NCBI GenBank assembly: GCA_965262615.1
Contig: OZ253545.1
Coordinates: forward strand, 512,001-576,000
Direction of reading: 5' to 3'
Source: Alphaproteobacteria bacterium
Lineage (GTDB): Bacteria > Pseudomonadota > Alphaproteobacteria > GM7ARS4 > G965262615
Length of the DNA stretch: 64,000 nucleotides
Part shown: in pieces, positions 20,857 to 28,698 of the stretch
Position numbering within the stretch: position 1 is the first letter of the stretch
Layout of the letters: each line of letters opens with the position of its first letter
Notes under the pieces: model-generated
What the model saw: the letters and a program-made list of their open reading frames with translations, nothing else
Told to the model about the DNA's origin: nothing
The model's database searches: none
Position numbers and translations under genes: made by a program

Positions 20857-21864
20857 ATGACTCTTATTATTCCATCAAGCTCATCGTGTCTGTCACCCGT
20901 TCCTTACGACAATGAGGCGGCGTTTGAAAAAGACATTGTGAAGCATTATCCCCTGTTTTTTGGTGAAAAGACGCTGTTTATTCCCAAGAGAAAAATCAGT
21001 GGCGGAGCATTGGGTAACACCATTCCCGATGGCTTTTTGTTTGATTGTCGTGATGGTCAAAATCCGCGCTTTTACATCGTAGAAGTGGAATTGAGCCACC
21101 ACTCCTTTAGCCATATTCGTAGTCAGGTTGATAGGTTTTTGAATTTCTTTAACAGAAGGGAAATTCATGGCTTGGTTGGAACAATTTATAACACTGTTCA
21201 TAACGACAAAGAATTGAAGCAGAGATGGAATTCCTATTGCACTGGCGATATGCACCATTTGATGACGCGTAGCATTCAAGACCGTCACGGTATTCTTGTG
21301 CTTTTTGAGAAGAAAAATGATGATTTGGAAGAAGCGTTTGATGAGCATGGTGGGCTTTATGATTTATGGGAAAGGAAAGTGCAACGGATATTTATTCAAA
21401 AATATCAAGATGGTGATGATGTATTTTTTCACCAAGAAGGTGGGGTTGGTCAGCAAGAGATGAGTAATGTTTCAAGCAGTCGTAGGTTGCCTGAAACAGA
21501 GGAAGAGCATTTGCGTGTGTGTTCGCCGTCTACACGCGAGACTTATGCAAAAATAAAAGCCATGTTTCTTGAAAATGGTTTAGAGCAAAGAGTTGTTGGT
21601 GCTTACATTGGCTTTTGGATTAACGGCAGGCGGCGTGTTAAAATGTTTCCTCGCAGGGATTATTTTCATGTCTATGTTTTGCATGACGACTACAAATATT
21701 TCCATGATGGCGACAATGGGGATAGACACGCTCAATTGAAAAGCGTGGTGACACCATATCAGGTCATGTCGCCCAATGAAGGACACGACCATTTCTATCT
21801 AATCTTGGACAACGCCGACTACATGGACGCATTGCGGGCTTATATTCAGCCCGTTTTGTCTTAA
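20857..21864 (+). CDS. Putative PD-(D/E)XK nuclease with DUF5655-like C-terminal domain
   Basis: E..FE...IPDGFL...YIVEVEL N-terminal pattern; C-terminal domain (YIGF...VKMFPRR) is paralogous to 22671..23069. Confidence 0.6.
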   Translation: MTLIIPSSSSCLSPVPYDNEAAFEKDIVKHYPLFFGEKTLFIPKRKISGGALGNTIPDGFLFDCRDGQNPRFYIVEVELSHHSFSHIRSQVDRFLNFFNRREIHGLVGTIYNTVHNDKELKQRWNSYCTGDMHHLMTRSIQDRHGILVLFEKKNDDLEEAFDEHGGLYDLWERKVQRIFIQKYQDGDDVFFHQEGGVGQQEMSNVSSSRRLPETEEEHLRVCSPSTRETYAKIKAMFLENGLEQRVVGAYIGFWINGRRRVKMFPRRDYFHVYVLHDDYKYFHDGDNGDRHAQLKSVVTPYQVMSPNEGHDHFYLILDNADYMDALRAYIQPVLS

Positions 21865-21900
21865 TTCACCTGACGGCTTGCCTTCGTCAATCGTTCTCGC
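21783..21900 (+). repeat. Junction repeat unit R1 (gene 3' end + inverted MTase 3' end)
   Basis: GGACAACGCCGACTACATGGAC...CCCGTTTTGTCTTAA followed by ACCTGACGGCT..TCGTTCTCGCG, matching 24144-24177. Confidence 0.9.
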
Positions 21901-21949
21901 GATTGATACCAACGAAATTTTTGACTACCATGAACACTGAGCAGGAATT

Positions 21950-22495
21950 ATGAGTGAAACATTCACCATCACACGCACCGAGCAACGAGGCGAAGCCACA
22001 TTGGGCATGATGACTGACGAGAACGGCGCGGCTTTGTGTTGGACGCTTGAGGATTTGCAGCGTGCCGAAAAGATGGGTGGCGAGACCGCAATCCCTGTGG
22101 GGCGTTATGAGTTGATTGCTCAAAGCGAGAGCAAATTCATGGGTGTCTATCAGACGAAGATGGAGGGGTGGGGGATTTCTCATCCTTTCATGATTGAGTT
22201 GGCTGATGTGCCTGATTTTCGCTACATTTTGATCCACTGCGGCAGAACGCACGGCAACACCAAAGGCTGCATTCTGGTGGGTGACAGCAATTGCGTGAAC
22301 TACAAAGGATATGCAGAGGTGAGGGGCAGTTGGCAGGCATACAAGAGGATTTATCCGTTGCTTCGTGATGCGGTCAATGGCGGCGGCGGCTGGATTCAGA
22401 TTGTCAATGAGGTGCGAGGTGAGGAGGGGCTCACGCCACCCGACGACTCACATCCGCCAATCTTCGGCACACCAGACCGAAAAAATCCGAATTGA
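21950..22495 (+). CDS. DUF5675 family protein (phage-type putative peptidoglycan enzyme)
   Basis: ATLG...CWTLED...ETAIPVGRY...ILIHCG...NTKGCILVG; AGGA RBS. Confidence 0.82.
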   Translation: MSETFTITRTEQRGEATLGMMTDENGAALCWTLEDLQRAEKMGGETAIPVGRYELIAQSESKFMGVYQTKMEGWGISHPFMIELADVPDFRYILIHCGRTHGNTKGCILVGDSNCVNYKGYAEVRGSWQAYKRIYPLLRDAVNGGGGWIQIVNEVRGEEGLTPPDDSHPPIFGTPDRKNPN

Positions 22496-22498
22496 GAG

Positions 22499-22620
22499 AC
22501 ACGATTATTTTTATTTAGTCGTGGACAACACTGACCACATGGACGAGTTGCAAGCTCTCATGCAACCCGTCTTGTCTTAAGCCACCAGACGATTTGCCTC
22601 TGCCAGTCTTTGGTGCGTAA
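22499..22620 (+). repeat. Junction repeat unit R2 (non-genic)
   Basis: Encodes HDYFYLVVDNTDHMDELQALMQPVLS* with no gene 5' part, then GCCACCAGACGA..CCTCTGCCAGTC. Confidence 0.92.
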
Positions 22621-22670
22621 GTGCGAAAGTTTTTTTTGATTATGTGGCTTTTTAGTGCTACAATCAGTCC

Positions 22671-23069
22671 ATGAACAATTTGAGCGAAAAAGAAATTTCT
22701 CACTTGCAAGAGTATCCAAAGTTCGTGCGCGCCATTTATGCAAGGGTGAAGGAGTGTGTTGACGAAAGAGGTTTGATTCCACGCGTAACAAAAGACTACA
22801 TCGCTTTTAGAAACGACAGAAATGTAATTGAAATGTATTTTCGTCAGGAATATATCCATTTCTATGTTTTGCATGACAATTATAGGTATCGGGATACAGC
22901 CAAAGTGCCAATGCGGGATGTTGAGCAGAAGAAGGATCGCATTGCAAGCATGGTTCAATCGTATGAAATTGAAGAACCCAACGAGGGACACAAGCATTTC
23001 TATTTAATTGTGGACAACGCCGACCACATGGACGAGTTGCGAGCTTTCATGCAACCCGTTTTGTCTTAA
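22671..23069 (+). CDS. Stand-alone DUF5655-like domain; its 3' end is repeat unit R3
   Basis: 132 aa aligning with the C-terminus of 20857..21864 (H.YVLHD.Y.Y, PNEGH.HFYLI.DNAD.MD.LRA..QPVLS). Confidence 0.75.
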   Translation: MNNLSEKEISHLQEYPKFVRAIYARVKECVDERGLIPRVTKDYIAFRNDRNVIEMYFRQEYIHFYVLHDNYRYRDTAKVPMRDVEQKKDRIASMVQSYEIEEPNEGHKHFYLIVDNADHMDELRAFMQPVLS

Positions 23070-23074
23070 GCCAA

Positions 23075-24076
23075 ATGAATCTTTACGGGTCTTATCGTAA
23101 ATTATTGGCGAACAGCAAACACGCCGTTATAGCTGCCATTGAGATATACAACAAACCCAAATTTGAATATCGGGAAGAGATTTTTACAATATTGATTGCA
23201 ACAGCGTGGGAACTCTTCATCCTTGCTGTCTTGTCAAAAAACAAGCAACGCGTATTCGCTCCCAAAAAAAGGCACGAGGAATATAGAACACTATCCTTTG
23301 AAGAAGCCATAAGACAGGCAAAAAAGTATTTTCCTAAGGAAAAGTCACCTGATGCTGTCATTAGTAACATTCGTTCATTGAGAGCATACAGAAACACAGT
23401 GGTGCATTACTATCAGAAAGAGCAGAACAAACATGCAGTATACATGCTAGCCCATGCGTCTATCATGAATTACAGAGATTTATTGCTATCAATTTTCAAT
23501 CATGATATTGCCAGCGAAGTGAGTATTGTATTGTTGCCACTTAGCTTTAACCGCCAGCCAAACTTTGTTGAGTTTTTCAAAAAAACGCAAAAGAGAAATT
23601 TTACTCCATTCGTGAATGATCTTTTTACATCTATGCAAGCATTGGAGTCTATCAATGGTGTTGACACAAATCGCTTTATTACGGAATGTGTCATTAGAAT
23701 AGAGCCAGCTAATAGCATAAAGACCGCTGATGTTATAGTTAATGTCAAAGGTGGAGATGCTGAACATGTCGTTTTGAGGGACATTGATCCCGATGATAAA
23801 TATCCTTTTTTTCGGAAAAATATTATTGGTGATAAAAATACTCAAGTTCACAAAAATTTGAAACGCGGAATTAATTCATACCTGTTTCAAATAATTGTGT
23901 GGAAGTATTCTATCAAAAAAGACAGAAAGTATTGTTGGGCATCAAAAAAAGGTGGTTCGCCAAGATATTCCCAAAACATGATTAATTTTTTAAATAATCT
24001 TACTGACAATGAGATTGAAAGAGCGAAGGAAGAGTATAGGAATTTTCGGCAGAGAGAAAACTTAAAAAAGGTTTGA
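23075..24076 (+). CDS. DUF3644 (HEPN-like) domain protein
   Basis: AAIEIYNKP...YREE.F.IL...AWEL and RNTVVH (R-x4-H) motifs; strongly AT-rich. Confidence 0.85.
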   Translation: MNLYGSYRKLLANSKHAVIAAIEIYNKPKFEYREEIFTILIATAWELFILAVLSKNKQRVFAPKKRHEEYRTLSFEEAIRQAKKYFPKEKSPDAVISNIRSLRAYRNTVVHYYQKEQNKHAVYMLAHASIMNYRDLLLSIFNHDIASEVSIVLLPLSFNRQPNFVEFFKKTQKRNFTPFVNDLFTSMQALESINGVDTNRFITECVIRIEPANSIKTADVIVNVKGGDAEHVVLRDIDPDDKYPFFRKNIIGDKNTQVHKNLKRGINSYLFQIIVWKYSIKKDRKYCWASKKGGSPRYSQNMINFLNNLTDNEIERAKEEYRNFRQRENLKKV

Positions 24077-24082
24077 AGAAAT

Positions 24083-24180
24083 GAACAAAGCCGACCACAT
24101 GGACGAGTTGCAAGCCCTCATGCAACCCGTTTTGTCTTAGGCAACCTGACGGCTCACCTCTGCCAGTCGTTCTCGCGCCA
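24083..24180 (+). repeat. Junction repeat unit R4 (abuts the live MTase stop)
   Basis: GCCGACCACATGGACGAGTTGCAAGCCCTCATGCAACCCGTTTTGTCTTA. Confidence 0.92.
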
Positions 24181-24952
24181 AATTACAATAGTTTTCATCA
24201 ATTTCCATTGCGATAAAATGCCGTGCATGAACTTTTGCCATCACTGCGGTTGTGCCACTGCCACACATGGGGTCACACACCACATCGCCCTCATTGCTGA
24301 AACAACACAATAAGTCCGATGCCAGCGCATCGGGGTAGGTGGCGGGGTGCTTCATCTTGAGGCGATTGCCCTCTGTGTTGCTGGTGGCATAATTCCACAC
24401 CGTGCCGCGGCATTTTTTGTCATTCACCTTTTTTGGAGCAATCACCTTAAAGCCCCCATTTGTGAGTCTGTCCGTGCCGCTATAGGTTTTGCCGGCGTGT
24501 TTGCTGGCGATCATCAAATGCTCTTTGTGAAACACGCGCGGGCGCGCGCCTCGCAAAAACAACAAAATATATTCATGGTCTACACGAAACCGTCCGTTCC
24601 ACCACGCCCCCGGATTGCCATGACGCTGATAAATGCAACACTCAAACAAACGCAAATCCGTTTCATCCACCCAATTGACCGCCAGCCGAAAGGATGTCAG
24701 AGACTTGGCAAAATCCTTTGTGCCATCGCCAATCACCACCGCCACCACGCCGCCATCTTTAGTGATTCGTGCCAGCTCCTTGCCCAACGCCGTATAATCC
24801 CAGCTCCAGTCGCCGTTGTAATCACGAATTCCATCGTAGGGCGGTGAGAACAGGGTGAAAGAAATTGATTCATCAGGCAGCTGCGGCAACAATTCCAAGC
24901 AATCGCCATGCATGATGGCATCTCTCATCTTGGGGGGGATTTTTTTCGTCAT
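24137..24952 (-). CDS. Orphan N4-cytosine/N6-adenine DNA methyltransferase (beta class)
   Basis: GDCL, SPPY (motif IV) before HPA.YP and DPMCGSGTT (motif I). Confidence 0.92.
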   Translation of the reverse strand: MTKKIPPKMRDAIMHGDCLELLPQLPDESISFTLFSPPYDGIRDYNGDWSWDYTALGKELARITKDGGVVAVVIGDGTKDFAKSLTSFRLAVNWVDETDLRLFECCIYQRHGNPGAWWNGRFRVDHEYILLFLRGARPRVFHKEHLMIASKHAGKTYSGTDRLTNGGFKVIAPKKVNDKKCRGTVWNYATSNTEGNRLKMKHPATYPDALASDLLCCFSNEGDVVCDPMCGSGTTAVMAKVHARHFIAMEIDENYCNLARERLAEVSRQVA

Positions 24953-24959
24953 GCAGTCG

Positions 24960-25526
24960 TTATCCGCCTTTCATGCGGCGCAATCGTTTTTCTCGCAGCT
25001 CGGGGTCTTCAAAGATGCGATTTTTCAAAAGCCACAGTGCGGTGCGTTCCCACGATTGGTCGCTGTTGCCGCGCAAATCGGCAGAATGTTGCTCCAGCAA
25101 TTGCTCGGTGTTGGCATCACGCATATAGACGGTGATGCTCATAATCAGATTGCTCACCTTATGCACCAAACACCCCAGCGAGTGAGTGGCATTGATGGCG
25201 CGCGCCAGCTTCGCCTCACAGCCGTTGCAGGTGCTGATGATGCCGTCTTTTGCCAGCCGTGCATACGGGGAATCCACCGTGGATGCTTGCGCGCCCGAGA
25301 TGGTGGTGTAGCGCGCGTCCTTGTCATAGCCCTCGGTAATCAATTGCGTGACGCGATCCAGACGCTTTTCTTCCTGCGCCTTTTGAATGGGGTTGGATGC
25401 GCCCGAGGTGTCAAACATCTCACAGCGAAAAATGGCGATGGTGCGGGTGTCCTCACCGAACGCGCTGGATGACGGCAAGACGGCAAGCACAAGTGCGGCA
25501 AGGCATAGATGGCGAATATGGTTCAT
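24960..25526 (-). CDS. Exported DUF3280/DUF2380-like protein
   Basis: Signal peptide; CNGCE...G.V.KVSNLI...SADLRGNSDQSW. Confidence 0.75.
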   Translation of the reverse strand: MNHIRHLCLAALVLAVLPSSSAFGEDTRTIAIFRCEMFDTSGASNPIQKAQEEKRLDRVTQLITEGYDKDARYTTISGAQASTVDSPYARLAKDGIISTCNGCEAKLARAINATHSLGCLVHKVSNLIMSITVYMRDANTEQLLEQHSADLRGNSDQSWERTALWLLKNRIFEDPELREKRLRRMKGG

Positions 25527-26017
25527 GTTTCTGCTCCTTTGAGGGCGATGGTATCAATGGCTTTTTTGAGTGACAAGGGGTCATCTAGGTTTGGCAGTTG
25601 GATTGAGCCGCTGCCCACATCATTGATGCGAATGGTGCCGTAGTCCAGCATGCGCCCCATGACCGATTGCGCGACATTGACCTCGGCGATGCGTCTGGCG
25701 GCGATTTCTTCCATGCGGCGAGAGACGAGTCCTGTTTTGTAGATGATGCGGCGGTCGGAGATCATCACATGGGTGCTCCACTTGATGGCGCGATTATCCG
25801 CCGCCAGCAGCACGCACGACACTCCCATGATGAACAGAAAATGGTCAAGAAACGGACGCCCATCCGCCACATCAACATAAATCGCAAAAAACGCAATGAT
25901 GGCAAGTCCCCCATAAATCTGAAACAACACATCATAAAACCAATGAAAGCGCGCACTATAGATGATGCGCTCTTCGGGTTGGCGAATCTGCTCAAAATAC
26001 TCAGCTCCCTCATTCAT
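25523..26017 (-). CDS. Membrane protein with bacterial PH domain
   Basis: Two TM helices followed by SDRRIIYKTGL...V.QS.MGRMLDYGTI. Confidence 0.82.
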   Translation of the reverse strand: MNEGAEYFEQIRQPEERIIYSARFHWFYDVLFQIYGGLAIIAFFAIYVDVADGRPFLDHFLFIMGVSCVLLAADNRAIKWSTHVMISDRRIIYKTGLVSRRMEEIAARRIAEVNVAQSVMGRMLDYGTIRINDVGSGSIQLPNLDDPLSLKKAIDTIALKGAET

Positions 26018-26075
26018 GGGATGAGTGTAGCAGTGAAGACACCAATAAGAAAGGTGGTTGTGGGGTGCAAGGTTC

Positions 26076-26666
26076 TCACACCACCACTTTTTTTTCGTCT
26101 ACTTTATTAATTTTCTCACGCCGAACTGATACAGCTTTTTCAACCAATTGCGGCAACTGATTATTATAAGCGGCAACTTGTTCGCCAGACCAGGTCACAT
26201 ATTCTTTGAGCAGTTCCAATTTCTGCTCAAAATCTTTATTTAATTTTTTAGGATTTGAACAATCATCAGAGTCAAGAGGGTACGAGATAGAAATCCGCAC
26301 TTTATCGCCCACCACCTCGCCAGGGCAACCAAGCATGGTTAATGTGGGTGTTTGACATTCAAAAAGCCAATACTCACCTTCAAAAGGGATATCGGCATTA
26401 TATTGCACTCCATCCACAGAGGGATAGTGATGGTATATTGAGTGACGAGACATCTCAATTTTTGTTTCCTTGCCGTCATGCTTTTCTATTTGTTCTTCAT
26501 GAAGAACAAGAGGCTCAATTTTTAATGGAGCGACGATGCCGTCAATGATGGCTTTGTCATTTGAGCTTGAGAATTGATCTCTAGGAATTTTCTCTACCAT
26601 AGAGGCAATTTTTTGCTTTCGTTGTTCAATCTGCGCATACAAATAGCGTTGCCTGAAAAGTGTCAT
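26076..26666 (-). CDS. Hypothetical protein, possibly C-terminally truncated
   Basis: 196 aa, AAGGAG RBS; ends in an A-rich run at the island edge. Confidence 0.6.
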   Translation of the reverse strand: MTLFRQRYLYAQIEQRKQKIASMVEKIPRDQFSSSNDKAIIDGIVAPLKIEPLVLHEEQIEKHDGKETKIEMSRHSIYHHYPSVDGVQYNADIPFEGEYWLFECQTPTLTMLGCPGEVVGDKVRISISYPLDSDDCSNPKKLNKDFEQKLELLKEYVTWSGEQVAAYNNQLPQLVEKAVSVRREKINKVDEKKVVV

Positions 26667-26701
26667 TTCTCACTCCTTGATTTTTGAGTTTGAAGAAAAT
26701 T

Positions 26702-26785
26702 TTAACCGCGACGGCTTTTGCCGATGTAGACAGTCTCGCGACCCTTTTTCAATCTATAGACTTTGGTGTCCTGTTTTTTAGGCAT
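26702..26785 (-). pseudogene. Truncated GIY-YIG-like ORF
   Basis: MPKKQDTKVYRLKKGRETVYIGKSRRG* with AAGGAGG RBS; VY.L...VYIG.S pattern. Confidence 0.6.
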
Positions 26786-26817
26786 TATGCCCTCCTTTGC
26801 TGTTAATCTTGAACCAA

Positions 26818-26864
26818 ATACTAGATATTATATGTTGCTGGAACAAAATGTCAATATCTTGTGG
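26818..26864. promoter_or_regulatory. Tandem NrdR-box-like sites
   Basis: ATACTAGATATTATAT (26818-26833) and TGTCAATATCTTGTGG (26849-26864), 31 bp apart, resembling acaCwAtATaTwGtg. Confidence 0.55.
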
Positions 26865-26910
26865 TGAATATTTTGTATTGCAAATCCGATGGCGTGGCAA
26901 TGACTCAATC

Positions 26911-26939
26911 TTGTTTTTTCTTGTTTGTGGGCGTATAGT
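26911..26939 (+). promoter_or_regulatory. Sigma70-type promoter for structured RNA A
   Basis: TTGTTT-17 bp-TATAGT; homologous to TTGTTT-17-TATGGT at 58586-58614. Confidence 0.65.
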
Positions 26940-26983
26940 GACGGTGCAAAAGTTACCATAGTCTGATTTCTGCGCGAGCAGAG

Positions 26984-27096
26984 GTCGGGTTACCTGCTGA
27001 ATACAAGACCTAATGGCGAAATAGGGGAATAGGCAGGTGTCTCACGCTGCGTTGTGTGTTACACGCGGTGCGGCAGGGATCTTACGGTGGCCCGAC
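26984..27096 (+). ncRNA. C4-antisense-like structured RNA, copy A
   Basis: Closing stem GTCGGGTTACC/GGTGGCCCGAC; arm with TGAATACAAGAC...GGAATAG; shared with copies at 58659 and 58866. Confidence 0.7.
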
Positions 27097-27112
27097 GCTG
27101 TCATCACATAAC

Positions 27113-27217
27113 AAAATCATGTTCGGCGGACGCGCCATCGGCTGGCGCACCTCAGTCATTCAGCGATGGATTGATAGCCGTATACATACGGATGGTGAGA
27201 AGCAAAAATTATATTGA
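27113..27217 (+). pseudogene. AlpA-family regulator C-terminal remnant
   Basis: KIMFGGRAIGWRTSVIQRWIDSR matches the AlpA LGGRAVGW...V..WI.SR pattern; N-terminal half missing. Confidence 0.75.
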
Positions 27218-27246
27218 AAATGTCCCTACCTAAAGACAGAGTGTAG

Positions 27247-28698
27247 TCAGAGACCCTCTTCTGCAACAATGCGCTCTGCCAGTGAGAGAGCCTCATATTC
27301 ATTGTTGGAGTGATTGAAAATCATCGCCACAATTTTTCTTCCATTAGAATTAGGGTGCCTCCCCTCCATTTTAATGGGCACACTAAAGTTGTTGCTGACT
27401 AATTTTTTCAAATGACGAGTCTCTTCACACATAGGCAAGTGAGCTGAATTGATTTTTGCATGAAAGTCTTCTATCTGAGACTCCAATTTTTTTCTCAAGT
27501 CACCCTCAATCAAACCTTTTTCAATAAGGTTCATACAGCCAATAAAATAGGAAGCTCTCTTTTCAAAGTTACGCAACATATTGCGCTCTGAAGATTTGGA
27601 ACGACATAGACGCGCAATAGCCCTACCGTTAAGCTTAAGTCTGCTTACAAGCTCTCTATAAAAAGCGTTATTTTCGAAATTATCGCGGCTACCGTTTGGG
27701 ACAAGCCGTTCATCAATAATATGAATTTCACCAACACACCAGCTATTGAACCGTTCCTCAGGAAAAATGTCCAATAGAATTCTATTATCACCTACCTGTA
27801 TGTTTCCACAACGGATTCGCAATCCAGCAATGCTTTGATTATGCTGTAGTGAGCCAAAGTAATTATGATGAGCGATCCAACCCACCGCCGCTAATTGGTC
27901 GCCATGACCCGGAATTTTTATTGTTTCCAGTTCCGTAAAGGAATCTTTCAATTGAGAAGAAAGAGAAAACTTATTACGAAACGGACGACAAATTGGCTCT
28001 TCTGAGTCATTCAGGTAAATTGAAATTCCACTGACATCAACATGAGGAGATAAAAATTCATTTATATCACGATGAAATTTGAATTCAGAAGCAAAGGGCA
28101 CTGGCGCGATTTGCTCCAAAAATTTCTTGACTGCATCCTCATTGAGTAGAATGTCATTGCCGTGGCGGATGACATCATGCAAAGTAACTTGAAAGAAAGA
28201 TTCATCTGAAGGGTCGCAAGATTCTTGAGAAAAAGAAGTGGCTTTTTTTACAAGGCTTAAAGCATCAATGCTATCATCGCTTGACATAAGAAGCTTACTA
28301 AAATGGACAACATCCCAATCAAAATTGCTTATTTGACCCTCACCAGCCGCCTTTGTCTTGAAGGATAGACGCTTGCAATAACCAATTCCAGAAAGCCTCC
28401 CAATTCCCCAAAGCCCACGCGATGACACCATATATTTTTTTGAGCTGCATCCAAGCCCCGTCATACAGGAAAGGAAATTTGCATTGGTAATTCCGCTCCC
28501 ATTGTCCCTAATGCTTACCATGCGCTCTGATTGATCAATAAAAATATCTATGCGAGGCTCAAAACGGTTATTGTCCTTACGAGCATCATCAACGGAGTCA
28601 GCAGCGTTTTGGATATACTCTCTGTAAAGCAGGAGAGGATTGCCATACATAGCTGTTGTGACAAGGCGCAGGATATTTTTGCCGACACGAGCATTCAT
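27247..28698 (-). CDS. GHKL (Hsp90/MORC-like) ATPase
   Basis: REYIQNAADS, IRDNGSG, SSK, GLWGIGRLSG; second domain with VGEIH...PNGSRDNFE. Confidence 0.88.
   Translation of the reverse strand: MNARVGKNILRLVTTAMYGNPLLLYREYIQNAADSVDDARKDNNRFEPRIDIFIDQSERMVSIRDNGSGITNANFLSCMTGLGCSSKKYMVSSRGLWGIGRLSGIGYCKRLSFKTKAAGEGQISNFDWDVVHFSKLLMSSDDSIDALSLVKKATSFSQESCDPSDESFFQVTLHDVIRHGNDILLNEDAVKKFLEQIAPVPFASEFKFHRDINEFLSPHVDVSGISIYLNDSEEPICRPFRNKFSLSSQLKDSFTELETIKIPGHGDQLAAVGWIAHHNYFGSLQHNQSIAGLRIRCGNIQVGDNRILLDIFPEERFNSWCVGEIHIIDERLVPNGSRDNFENNAFYRELVSRLKLNGRAIARLCRSKSSERNMLRNFEKRASYFIGCMNLIEKGLIEGDLRKKLESQIEDFHAKINSAHLPMCEETRHLKKLVSNNFSVPIKMEGRHPNSNGRKIVAMIFNHSNNEYEALSLAERIVAEEGL

Noticed and set aside
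21783-24180. CRISPR array or integron attC array
   Set aside because: Units are long, protein-coding, non-palindromic and separated by whole genes; no cas or intI gene and no attC-type inverted core sites seen.
26960-27040. Hammerhead ribozyme (CTGA...GAAA)
   Set aside because: CUGANGA core is not intact and the stems fit a C4-like fold better.
26000-27250. attR duplicate of the tRNA-Ser 3' end
   Set aside because: No copy of the tRNA terminal sequence found by eye at the left edge, so the island boundary remains inferred.
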